This document shows positions 48,404 to 56,925 of a DNA stretch of 64,000 nt, piece by piece (the first letter of the stretch is position 1; each line of letters begins with the position of its first letter). Source of the stretch: a virus (lineage: Duplodnaviria > Heunggongvirae > Uroviricota > Caudoviricetes). The position numbers were made by a program, and so were the translations under genes. The notes beneath the pieces were generated by a model. The model ran no database searches. It was given only the letters and a program-made list of their open reading frames with translations, and was not told the origin of the DNA. The stretch is from IMG/VR virus record IMGVR_UViG_3300048938_000061; one strand, given 5' to 3'.

Positions 48404-49406
48404 TTGCTTTTCCTTCCAAGATTCCCGCATCAAGTAGCCCCTTCTCGGTGACGACATAACCGACACCACCGCGCTCGATCCAATCGGCGGCAAGCAATTC
48501 ATTGATCTCACCGTTACTAATGTCGAACGCACCGCATCTCGCACGAGGATTGGATCGCTTACTGTAAGCATTCAGGCCACCCGCAGAATGAGCATATGCA
48601 AGCAGCTTTTTGCGTTTAGGGGTCATCTTGATCGTAGCGACATACGCGTCACGAATAGCCTTCTTCTTGGCTTCTTCAGCCTGGTTCAAGGCAGTTGAAA
48701 TTCTCTCCGAGATCGCAATCACATCGGGGATGGTGGCGATATCGCTCACTTTGACATCGAATTCATCCGTCTCAAGCCCGTTCTCTTGCAAGATCGAGTG
48801 AACGAGAGCTTTATGCTGAGGATGAAATTGAAAGAGATGGCCGCAGGAAGTTTCGACCGAATACGGGCCAGTTGGCTCTTTAAAAGAGACCTGCATCAAG
48901 TCGCCTTGAGAGTTTTTGACACGCAGGAATCCACGACCAAATTCAAATCCAGTGGGTCGCCCTTCAAAACGTGATCCGCCTGCGGCGACAAATGCGTCGA
49001 AGATTGGCTGTGCGGCAATGGATTCAGCATCATGATCCCGCGCACGTTCTGCAGTGACTTGATCCAGATGGCGAGCGATAGCCGCCGAGTCATGCTTACC
49101 GTACGTATGGCCAACGAATTTCAAACAGTCGTTGACTGAATTTCCTTCGCAGCGAGGTTCATCGAGGCGACCGATGATAACAATTCTGTTCGCCTCAGTG
49201 GTGCCGACATTCCAGTCGTAAACAACACTGTTCCCAAGACCTGCATAGTCGAGACCTTGCACAAAAGATTCAGCTGTCCTGCTATCTGTGAACGAATGAA
49301 TTTCAACCAGAAACGACGGAAGCTGATCAACCGATGTCAGCGGCTCACCGTCTAGCGCGGAGATGCCTGTATTGTTACCCGGATTAGCGAACAGCTCGGC
49401 CATCAC
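48384..49406 (-). CDS. hypothetical protein (340 aa)
   Basis: Long ORF. Its start overlaps the stop of the upstream gene (49403..49406). Confidence 0.6.
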   Translation of the reverse strand: MMAELFANPGNNTGISALDGEPLTSVDQLPSFLVEIHSFTDSRTAESFVQGLDYAGLGNSVVYDWNVGTTEANRIVIIGRLDEPRCEGNSVNDCLKFVGHTYGKHDSAAIARHLDQVTAERARDHDAESIAAQPIFDAFVAAGGSRFEGRPTGFEFGRGFLRVKNSQGDLMQVSFKEPTGPYSVETSCGHLFQFHPQHKALVHSILQENGLETDEFDVKVSDIATIPDVIAISERISTALNQAEEAKKKAIRDAYVATIKMTPKRKKLLAYAHSAGGLNAYSKRSNPRARCGAFDISNGEINELLAADWIERGGVGYVVTEKGLLDAGILEGKANEAQAW

Positions 49407-49804
49407 TCCACGCCTCCTGGCTTGTCAGGATCTTCGGGATGACGTTCATAGCGAATATGATATTTTGCCAAAGACAGTTTTTCTGTTCCAATTATACGAA
49501 CGATTTCACCATAAGTTAATTCATACTCGGCAACGGCCACATTAAAAATATTCCCGACACCCTTAACAGCGCTCATCAATGGATCGCTTGCAAGAGGATG
49601 ATCAGACCATTTCAAAGTAGCTTCCCGCTCTGACATGTCATGGCGTCCAGCATCAATCCAAAAACGTTCTATCTCATTCCAGATATAATAAATATCCATA
49701 TATGAAAATTCGCCAACACTAGAAATATAATTTTCAACCGCACATAGAATTTGGGTTTCGGCTTTTTTAGCTTCTAATTCTCGCTTATGAATTTTCATTC
49801 TCAC
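49403..49804 (-). CDS. hypothetical protein (133 aa)
   Basis: ORF 14 nt downstream of the phosphatase gene. Confidence 0.5.
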   Translation of the reverse strand: MRMKIHKRELEAKKAETQILCAVENYISSVGEFSYMDIYYIWNEIERFWIDAGRHDMSEREATLKWSDHPLASDPLMSAVKGVGNIFNVAVAEYELTYGEIVRIIGTEKLSLAKYHIRYERHPEDPDKPGGVE

Positions 49805-49818
49805 AACTCCAATATTCT

Positions 49819-50604
49819 TTATGCAGCGATTTCTACGTATTCATTCATATTATTATCGAACACAGTGCCAAGACCGCGATCAAGCAGGACAGGTTCGACG
49901 TCGACAACAGACTTGAAACTGCCATCCGTCTGGAAAAAACGGAACGAGCCGTTATCGATAGCTACTGCCGTTAGGCGACCGCTATGATAAGCACCCGTAT
50001 CAATCGAAATGCGATTTTCCGTGACGACTGGAAGGTCGCCAACGACAGTGTGTCCGTGAACAATAATGTTCTGAAGACGCCCAACATGATCCAGAAACGG
50101 GTCCCTGATCCACATCAGGTTCTTTTCCGTCTGATCTGTTAGGGAAACCATTGGATCGATGCCAGCGTGGGCGAAAACGATACCGTCAACAGTTACCATT
50201 GGCTTGGCGTTCGCAAACATGCGCAGATGATCTCCATGCATGGTACGCACAAACTCCACTGCCTCATTTAGGTCGCCTGGATAATATGAAGCCAATGTTT
50301 CCATACCACCGCGAGACATCCAAGCCGCTGCATATCTGCGATCCTGTTCAAATACAGCTTTCAGAAAAAGGTCATCATGATTGCCCTTAAGAACAATTGA
50401 ACCTTCATAATCGATGAGAGCTTCTGCAACGGCATCCATGGCCTGACGGGATTGAGGCCCCTTATCGCAGATATCACCTAAAAAAATAAAAATGGGAGTG
50501 GCGTCATGAATTGCAGCATCTGCAACAGCATGCGCCATGATCGCGTTTAGAAGATCAGCGCGACCATGGACATCACCAATTGCATAAGTGATTTTCTTTG
50601 ACAT
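49819..50604 (-). CDS. PPP-family metallophosphatase (second copy)
   Basis: 'GDVHGR', 'LGDICDKGP', 'GNHDD'. Start at 'MSKKITYA', preceded by 'aaaggggcgagaa'. Confidence 0.85.
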   Translation of the reverse strand: MSKKITYAIGDVHGRADLLNAIMAHAVADAAIHDATPIFIFLGDICDKGPQSRQAMDAVAEALIDYEGSIVLKGNHDDLFLKAVFEQDRRYAAAWMSRGGMETLASYYPGDLNEAVEFVRTMHGDHLRMFANAKPMVTVDGIVFAHAGIDPMVSLTDQTEKNLMWIRDPFLDHVGRLQNIIVHGHTVVGDLPVVTENRISIDTGAYHSGRLTAVAIDNGSFRFFQTDGSFKSVVDVEPVLLDRGLGTVFDNNMNEYVEIAA

Positions 50605-50727
50605 TTCTCGCCCCTTTGGATGCGAGATTAATATCATTATTTAAATGGATGTCAACAAAATAGATTAATTTAAAGACAGAAATTCTTATAATTAATTATA
50701 TAATTACTGATGTAACTCCTATTATCC

Positions 50728-51285
50728 CTAGCCACTCTTTTTCATATTTTCAAGGTCTATTTCTTCCATCATTTTTGTTAGCATTTTTGCATCAACGTTG
50801 CTTTTGTCGACCTTCGATTCTAGAGCTTCGATATCCTTTTTCAGGACATTAATTCGGTCGTTGTAAAATTCGGCACTTGAAAGCGCGTTTTTCGCAGCCT
50901 TTTCGATAGCTTCACGTTTATTCGTGTAGTGCGAATCGTCATACTGAAGAATACCGGAATGCGTGGTGTTAGGAAATCCGAGTTTCTCTGCCTTATCTTC
51001 GACGATCTGGCTGCCGTCCCATGTGTAGACAGTGGTCGATTCCGTGAATTCGTCAGCGCTATTCAGAAGATTAACGAACAGGTTGGAATCGGAATTGATT
51101 TCATCCTGATACCGCATAAGCTCGCCTTTCCGATCCCAAAGATCATCGTATGGCTTGATAATCACACCTTCGGCAGATATGCCAATCAAATCATGAACCA
51201 TGGGCGACCCGATATAAACAATGTCACCAACTTTATGTACGATATGGCCAATATTGTAATGTTTCTTGATGGCTTTAACGCCCAT
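50728..51285 (-). CDS. hypothetical protein, member of tandem paralogue pair (185 aa)
   Basis: Shares 'IGSP' and 'LGFPNTTHSGIL' blocks with 51314..51835. Confidence 0.6.
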   Translation of the reverse strand: MGVKAIKKHYNIGHIVHKVGDIVYIGSPMVHDLIGISAEGVIIKPYDDLWDRKGELMRYQDEINSDSNLFVNLLNSADEFTESTTVYTWDGSQIVEDKAEKLGFPNTTHSGILQYDDSHYTNKREAIEKAAKNALSSAEFYNDRINVLKKDIEALESKVDKSNVDAKMLTKMMEEIDLENMKKSG

Positions 51286-51313
51286 GTTTTTCTCCTGTGT
51301 TTACATAATAAGA

Positions 51314-51835
51314 TTAGTTCATTGCCTTCAACGTCTCGACCTGTTTAGCATATCGATCACGCGCATCAGTCTCTTTGACAAGTTCCTTGGTAAGTTCATC
51401 AATCCGTCTAACTGACCACTTGAAAGCAGATTCCGAATTTTCCAGTGCCCATTCAATGACTTTAGAACGATCTGTAGAAAAACGATTTTCGTACATCAAC
51501 AGGCCTTCATGAGTAGCGTTTGGATAGCCAAGGTTCTCACAAAAATGCTCTGTTATCTCAGCTTCATTATAAGAAAAAACACGAATTGATCGCTCGAAGA
51601 CGTCTTTCATATTTATTAATTCGCGTAATTTCACTGGATCACTGACTAGTTCTTCATAAATGCGATCAAGTTCACCACCTAAGCGAGAAAAAACTCTGTT
51701 GATTTCCTGAATCACGCCTTCATTATCGAAAACAATAATATTCGGAATATATGGTGACCCAATTCTGAACAATCCATTCTGAACATCTATGTTGTGCTCA
51801 ATACCATAGTACTCTTTAATCGATTTCCACCCCAT
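51314..51835 (-). CDS. hypothetical protein, member of tandem paralogue pair (about 173 aa)
   Basis: 'LGYPNATHEGLL' and 'FRIGSPYIPNII' blocks parallel the neighbouring gene. Confidence 0.6.
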   Translation of the reverse strand: MGWKSIKEYYGIEHNIDVQNGLFRIGSPYIPNIIVFDNEGVIQEINRVFSRLGGELDRIYEELVSDPVKLRELINMKDVFERSIRVFSYNEAEITEHFCENLGYPNATHEGLLMYENRFSTDRSKVIEWALENSESAFKWSVRRIDELTKELVKETDARDRYAKQVETLKAMN

Positions 51836-51918
51836 GATTTGCTCCATATATTTTCACTAATAATGATTTAAATAAGACCGCTTTGCTTATTGGAATCTTC
51901 GTTTTTTTGTTGCTTTAA

Positions 51919-53814
51919 CTAACCACCCGTCTTCCAACGCGACCGCTCTTCGAAGATTACCTCAATCATCCTATCGAGTTCCTCGCTTGTCAGGCCGTCA
52001 GTAATGCCCTTGAGACGCTGACGTTCCTTATCCATTCTGTAGCGCTTCATCACTTCACTATTTTCGTTATCCACGATGCTCTGAACGCCTTCTTCAGCGA
52101 TGTTCACACGAAGGTTCTTGAACTTCGTCACGAATACGACGCCAGGATCAATATTCTCGACTTCCATGCGAACTGGATCACCAACCTTGGTCACCACAAT
52201 ATCGCCGATCTTTTCTTCGGTGATCTCGAAGATTTTGTTCGGAACCGAGTCAACGGAGACGTAGAAGCTAGTCTTACCGTTCTGGACATATGGCATGTGC
52301 GTTACGACGAGACCTTCAATAGCATCGTTCACACTTCCATGATTAGCTTCAAAAGCGCTGTCCCGTGAGGAACGCTGCCGAGCACGGCTATATTCGGTTA
52401 CTGCTGCTTGTACTGACGATCCGATGCCGACAATGTTGCGATTATCCTGAGCGACAATTGCAAATCCTTTACGAACGCCACTGCCATCCAGAACAATCGA
52501 GAAATAGGCCTCGTTACCATTGATCGAGATCAGGATAGGCTCTGCCGCTTCATAGCCGCGATAGTTCGAATATGCCTGCGTGAGGACTTCTCGTGCGGTT
52601 TCCTCGGTAATACCAGCACGTGGGTAAAACGTAATCTGTCCAGTCCTTGCGTCAGCGATATAAACACCGGACGAGGCACCTTCAGATTTGGCGTTCTGGA
52701 ATTGAGTTCCAGAATAATAGACGATCTTGCCTCGTGGGTCGATTGTAACCGAGATGCCTTTGGTGCTCTGGATTACATTATTGCCTGAGATCGCGCATGC
52801 CCACCAACCTTGAGAATAGCAACCCCAATCGTCAAATCGTTCTGCAATTTTGTCCTGCGGATAGACACGGTCGATCCATTCGGGAACATCTTCAGCCTTG
52901 GCATATTCCTTGAGATCGCCTGTTGTAGCGTTAATGACAACCCACTTCACGGGCTGATAGGCCGAAAAACCAACAGTAGGATACATAAGTGCAACGATCC
53001 AATGAGGTACGCCCTGTGGATCGATCTGGAAGATAGGTTCATCATAGCGATAGTTGATGTAGCCTGCCGAGTAGACGCGACGGATGACAGAGTCGTTGAA
53101 ATAAGCCCCCTCACCGATCTTAATCGGATGGTTCTGAACGAATTTAGCATCAAGTTCATTTGCCTGAGAAACCATCATGTAGCCAGGTGTTGTGCCAAAA
53201 TTCATATAGCGGAAAAAACTGGAGTGTTCCAAAGGTGCAACCCAGAAGAACTTTCCATTGATTTCATTACCCCACATGTCGCCAATAGTGACACGCGAAC
53301 CGACACCCTGCTCATCAGAACTGGAAATTAATTCAGCTGCACGCTTGCGAGCCATCGCAGAGGTCACGAGCCGAACCTGAGATTGATCTGTTAACGGCAT
53401 TGCAACGTCACGGCTCGCGACAATCGGTTTCGCGATATTTGCATATTGTTCAGCATTCAGCATGCCACTGGTCGAAATAAACGCGACAATTAGAAATCCA
53501 ATAAGCACAATTACGTAGGTAACAATTGCCAAACCTAACGTTTCAGCTTCTCTACGAGCGAATGGAACTGAAACAAAAAACGAAATTGCCCACAGGACCA
53601 ATACGGTAAAAACCGTTTCAACCAACCAAGGATCAAGAGGTAACATAAATACGTAAGATGCTACCCATCCGAGAATAGCGCCAAGGATGCCCAACCCAAT
53701 CGAAATTCGTCCAATAGTGAAAATACCATTGAACAAAAAAAGAAAGGCAGAAACTGCAGCCCACACCCCATAACTAAACATGCCTGCAACTCCAATCATA
53801 ATTAAATCGCTCAT
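51919..53814 (-). CDS. large membrane protein (631 aa): N-terminal multi-TM domain plus about 500-aa extracytoplasmic domain
   Basis: At least four N-terminal hydrophobic helices. Long soluble remainder, with no recognised motif. Confidence 0.65.
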   Translation of the reverse strand: MSDLIMIGVAGMFSYGVWAAVSAFLFLFNGIFTIGRISIGLGILGAILGWVASYVFMLPLDPWLVETVFTVLVLWAISFFVSVPFARREAETLGLAIVTYVIVLIGFLIVAFISTSGMLNAEQYANIAKPIVASRDVAMPLTDQSQVRLVTSAMARKRAAELISSSDEQGVGSRVTIGDMWGNEINGKFFWVAPLEHSSFFRYMNFGTTPGYMMVSQANELDAKFVQNHPIKIGEGAYFNDSVIRRVYSAGYINYRYDEPIFQIDPQGVPHWIVALMYPTVGFSAYQPVKWVVINATTGDLKEYAKAEDVPEWIDRVYPQDKIAERFDDWGCYSQGWWACAISGNNVIQSTKGISVTIDPRGKIVYYSGTQFQNAKSEGASSGVYIADARTGQITFYPRAGITEETAREVLTQAYSNYRGYEAAEPILISINGNEAYFSIVLDGSGVRKGFAIVAQDNRNIVGIGSSVQAAVTEYSRARQRSSRDSAFEANHGSVNDAIEGLVVTHMPYVQNGKTSFYVSVDSVPNKIFEITEEKIGDIVVTKVGDPVRMEVENIDPGVVFVTKFKNLRVNIAEEGVQSIVDNENSEVMKRYRMDKERQRLKGITDGLTSEELDRMIEVIFEERSRWKTGG

Positions 53815-53930
53815 TTAATTCCTGTTATAGAATTATAAATATTTTTGTCAATAAATCCCCTTTAAATAAGAATAAATAAACAAATTTGTCGTTGCATAAT
53901 TGAGCTTGCGATGTTATATAATCCCCATAA

Positions 53931-54602
53931 ATGGAGAAAATCATGTCTAGCGAAAAAGATTGGAACAAAATTGATTTTATCAATTGGATGAACCGCAATG
54001 GTCTCACCCATGATGATGTTGCTTGTGTATTCAATCAGCACCCGCTGACGAATGATCTTACTGCATCCAATGTTCGCGATATTCTCGACGGCACGGCTCC
54101 TCTATGGGAAGAGTACGAAGCAAGCGCACGACGCTTTGAAGCTGAACGACTTGTATCAGATGACGTCGACATGACCGCAGCGATTGCTGAACTATCCGAT
54201 AAATGTCAGACGGTTCCGCAGGGCGTTATTACTGGCATTACCGCAGGCTCGCTGCGGGGTTGGACATCTGCGAACACAATCGTTTACTTCGTTGCTACCA
54301 AGTCGGAGAACGTCGCCAAGGATTACCCTTCGAATATCATTCCAATCGCTTGTGACAACATCATGGATCGTGTTGAAGTCCGCCAGGACAGCGATGGTAA
54401 TTGGTATCGTCTTGCTGATCCTGTGCGTATGGTCATCGATGCTATTCGTTACGATGTTGAACAAGATCGTTTTTCGGTAGAAGAACTCTTCCGAGAAGCC
54501 ATTGCAGAAGGCGTAAGACGAGATGAACTATGTGAGTTTGCGAAGCGTCAAGGCGATGTAGCAGTTACAAAACTCAATTACTACTTCACACTTCTCGACT
54601 GA
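53931..54602 (+). CDS. hypothetical protein (223 aa); candidate partner of the AbiEii-like gene
   Basis: ORF 68 nt upstream of the nucleotidyltransferase-like gene. Confidence 0.5.
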   Translation: MEKIMSSEKDWNKIDFINWMNRNGLTHDDVACVFNQHPLTNDLTASNVRDILDGTAPLWEEYEASARRFEAERLVSDDVDMTAAIAELSDKCQTVPQGVITGITAGSLRGWTSANTIVYFVATKSENVAKDYPSNIIPIACDNIMDRVEVRQDSDGNWYRLADPVRMVIDAIRYDVEQDRFSVEELFREAIAEGVRRDELCEFAKRQGDVAVTKLNYYFTLLD

Positions 54603-54670
54603 TCCAGTTTGTCAAATGCTGAAGTTGAAGTCATCGTATTGGTGACTTCGGCTTCAGAGAGAAAAAGAAT

Positions 54671-55534
54671 ATGCAAACAGGCGACCAAATCGCAGAATCC
54701 ATTAGACAACGCGCCAAGAATACAGGGATCGATCCACTCGAATCCATGCGCAGATTTGTCATGGAGCGCTTTATTGTTCGCTTAAACCTCGCAGACAAGA
54801 CGGACAAAGTCGTTCTGAAAGGCGGAATGGCATGGTGGCTTCAGCCAGAGCTGGTTGAACACGCTCGATCAACGTTCGATATAGACATACACTTACATGT
54901 TCCAGAAAAACACGAAGACGTTGTAGCCCTGTTTAAAAAGGCACAGTCTATCGACTGCGAAGACGGGTGTCGCTTCGAGTTCAAGAAAATTCGCAAACTG
55001 GAACATTCCGGTGATCATGAAGGCTTACGCGTCATGGTTCGCGCTTTTATTGGAACGAAATTCGTGGACTTCCACAGCGACATTGGATTTGGAGGCACAA
55101 AGCCCTCTACTTTAAAAACTGTCAATTTCAAATCAATGCATCCTCGCGTATCAGGAGGAAGCATAATGATTACTCCTCCAGAATTTGTAGTTTCCGAAAA
55201 AATTTCAGCGATAATTAAGAACGGAACAAGCAACACTCGTATCAAAGATTATAACGATCTTTTTGTTCTTTCTAATATTCACATAGACGCAGCGGATTTG
55301 GTCTACGCCATTAATACAACATTTTCAGATCGTAAACAGGAACTTCCCTACTCAATTGACGAAATCGCTGGGCTGTCTCAACAATATGCTGATGCCAATC
55401 AAGCAGCTTGGGAAAAATGGCTTATCCAGTCCAACAGGACAGCAAGAATGCCTGGTGATTTCTCTCAAGTCGTAAATAGAGTAGGGTCTTTTACAGAAGA
55501 AATAATGGCTTATAAAAACACTTGGCGTCCATAG
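54671..55534 (+). CDS. AbiEii/DUF1814-like nucleotidyltransferase (type IV TA / abortive-infection toxin family) - tentative
   Basis: 'VVLKGGMAWWLQ...RSTFDIDIHL' resembles the conserved LKGGTAL...RxSxDID signature of AbiEii. About 287 aa. Confidence 0.5.
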   Translation: MQTGDQIAESIRQRAKNTGIDPLESMRRFVMERFIVRLNLADKTDKVVLKGGMAWWLQPELVEHARSTFDIDIHLHVPEKHEDVVALFKKAQSIDCEDGCRFEFKKIRKLEHSGDHEGLRVMVRAFIGTKFVDFHSDIGFGGTKPSTLKTVNFKSMHPRVSGGSIMITPPEFVVSEKISAIIKNGTSNTRIKDYNDLFVLSNIHIDAADLVYAINTTFSDRKQELPYSIDEIAGLSQQYADANQAAWEKWLIQSNRTARMPGDFSQVVNRVGSFTEEIMAYKNTWRP

Positions 55535-55539
55535 CCCAT

Positions 55540-56226
55540 TTAACTCCACCAGTAAGCAATTACAGGGCGAAGTTTATTAATCCCAGCGTCATCCATAATT
55601 CCGAGCTTTTTTAAATACCATCGGATCTCACTAGGGATTTGCGGCACAACCTTTACGGTTTCCGCCCACCGTTTTTCCTGTTCTGAAATAGGAAACCTGT
55701 AATCATCCATGCGTACAGGCTTTCCGTCTGGCTCCATGATAAAGTAACTCCAAAGTCCAAAACCGTCATTAAGATAACTAATCCGATCCTTGGATTGCCA
55801 GATGCTCCCATTATTTTCCGGACGATGAGCCTCGATCATCTGATCAAGATAATCCGACCGCCTGCACCATTCTTTTCTATACGAGAGGTTTGGGAAGAAA
55901 ATAACATCGCGCGGGTCGTCGTCATTCGGGCCGAATACGAGCTGATAAAGGTCTTCCGCTGGACCAATGTCCGCTGGGCGACGATTTCCTTCTGTGTAAG
56001 TCCTGGATAGGAGCTGCAATTCTCCAATCGACGGAATAGGGTCTTTGCTATAAAAAATTTTTTTGTAGAAATCCAACTCAACGGTCAGGAATTCAGAAGT
56101 AGCGTTGTCGAAAATATCCCTGAAGACATCTAATGTATCATGCGCTTCGCAATCGAGAATTACCTCGTTTTCGAAATCATGCCACGGCATGCCATATCCT
56201 ATTGCATTGTGAAAAGCATTACTCAT
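55540..56226 (-). CDS. hypothetical protein (228 aa)
   Basis: Long ORF. No motif. Confidence 0.55.
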   Translation of the reverse strand: MSNAFHNAIGYGMPWHDFENEVILDCEAHDTLDVFRDIFDNATSEFLTVELDFYKKIFYSKDPIPSIGELQLLSRTYTEGNRRPADIGPAEDLYQLVFGPNDDDPRDVIFFPNLSYRKEWCRRSDYLDQMIEAHRPENNGSIWQSKDRISYLNDGFGLWSYFIMEPDGKPVRMDDYRFPISEQEKRWAETVKVVPQIPSEIRWYLKKLGIMDDAGINKLRPVIAYWWS

Positions 56227-56340
56227 TTAAATCTCCAGTTATATTTTTATTATCAAAATTTACACTACAAACTCAAGTCTAATAATCGCTGCTGTTTATT
56301 TAATTGAATCCCAGCTTTAAATAAGGCATAAAATAGCATT

Positions 56341-56616
56341 ATGGAGGCCACAATGTCATTTTTTTCAACATTTTCTATTTGTTGTAACAGAGGGAATTTC
56401 CACGATTCCCATATTACGGTGTTTTTGAATTCAGATGATCATACTAATGAAGCAATCCGTGTTTTTATTGACACGGTTATTGGTAAGAGAAATGACATAA
56501 ACTCGATTATGGCAGAATTGCTTTCGTCTAAAGCAGAAGGTTCTAACGAATTTCTGTTTTCTCTCGGATCAAACGCAAACAAAGACGTCGGTCTAGGCGA
56601 GCTACGAGCTGACTAA
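56341..56616 (+). CDS. small hypothetical protein (91 aa)
   Basis: ORF ending 2 nt before the DUF4031-like gene. Confidence 0.35.
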   Translation: MEATMSFFSTFSICCNRGNFHDSHITVFLNSDDHTNEAIRVFIDTVIGKRNDINSIMAELLSSKAEGSNEFLFSLGSNANKDVGLGELRAD

Positions 56617-56618
56617 AA

Positions 56619-56897
56619 ATGGCCGTGTACGTCGACAAGACCAGAACACCATACCGCAACATGATCATGTGCCACATGTTGGCTGATACACCTCATGAAT
56701 TGCATGATATGGCATTGAAGATCGGTATGAAACTGTCTTGGTTCCAACCATTGTCGTCACCGCATTATGATGTCTGTCTTATGCGCAGAAAACGTGCAAT
56801 TAATCTAGGGGCAGTAGAGATCGACCGAAGGAAGACAGTCGAACTCATTCGAAAAATAAGAGAAAACTCCGATATTGATTGGCGTCCGCATACTTAA
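56619..56897 (+). CDS. DUF4031-like small protein (92 aa) - from recollection of the family pattern
   Basis: 'MAVYVDKTRTPYRNMIMCHMLADTPHELHDMALKIGMKLSWFQ...HYDV' matches my memory of the DUF4031 N-terminal pattern (MAVYVDD...W.HL.ADT..ELH.FA..IGL...WFQ...HYDV). Confidence 0.5.
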   Translation: MAVYVDKTRTPYRNMIMCHMLADTPHELHDMALKIGMKLSWFQPLSSPHYDVCLMRRKRAINLGAVEIDRRKTVELIRKIRENSDIDWRPHT

Positions 56898-56925
56898 AGG
56901 GCGAACAAACAAAACCCGGATTTGC

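Noticed and set aside
48404-48571. Upstream 56 codons of the 124-aa ORF 48197..48571
   Set aside because: They would overlap the 340-aa gene by 188 nt. An internal Met with a good RBS gives a coupled 68-aa micro-ORF instead.
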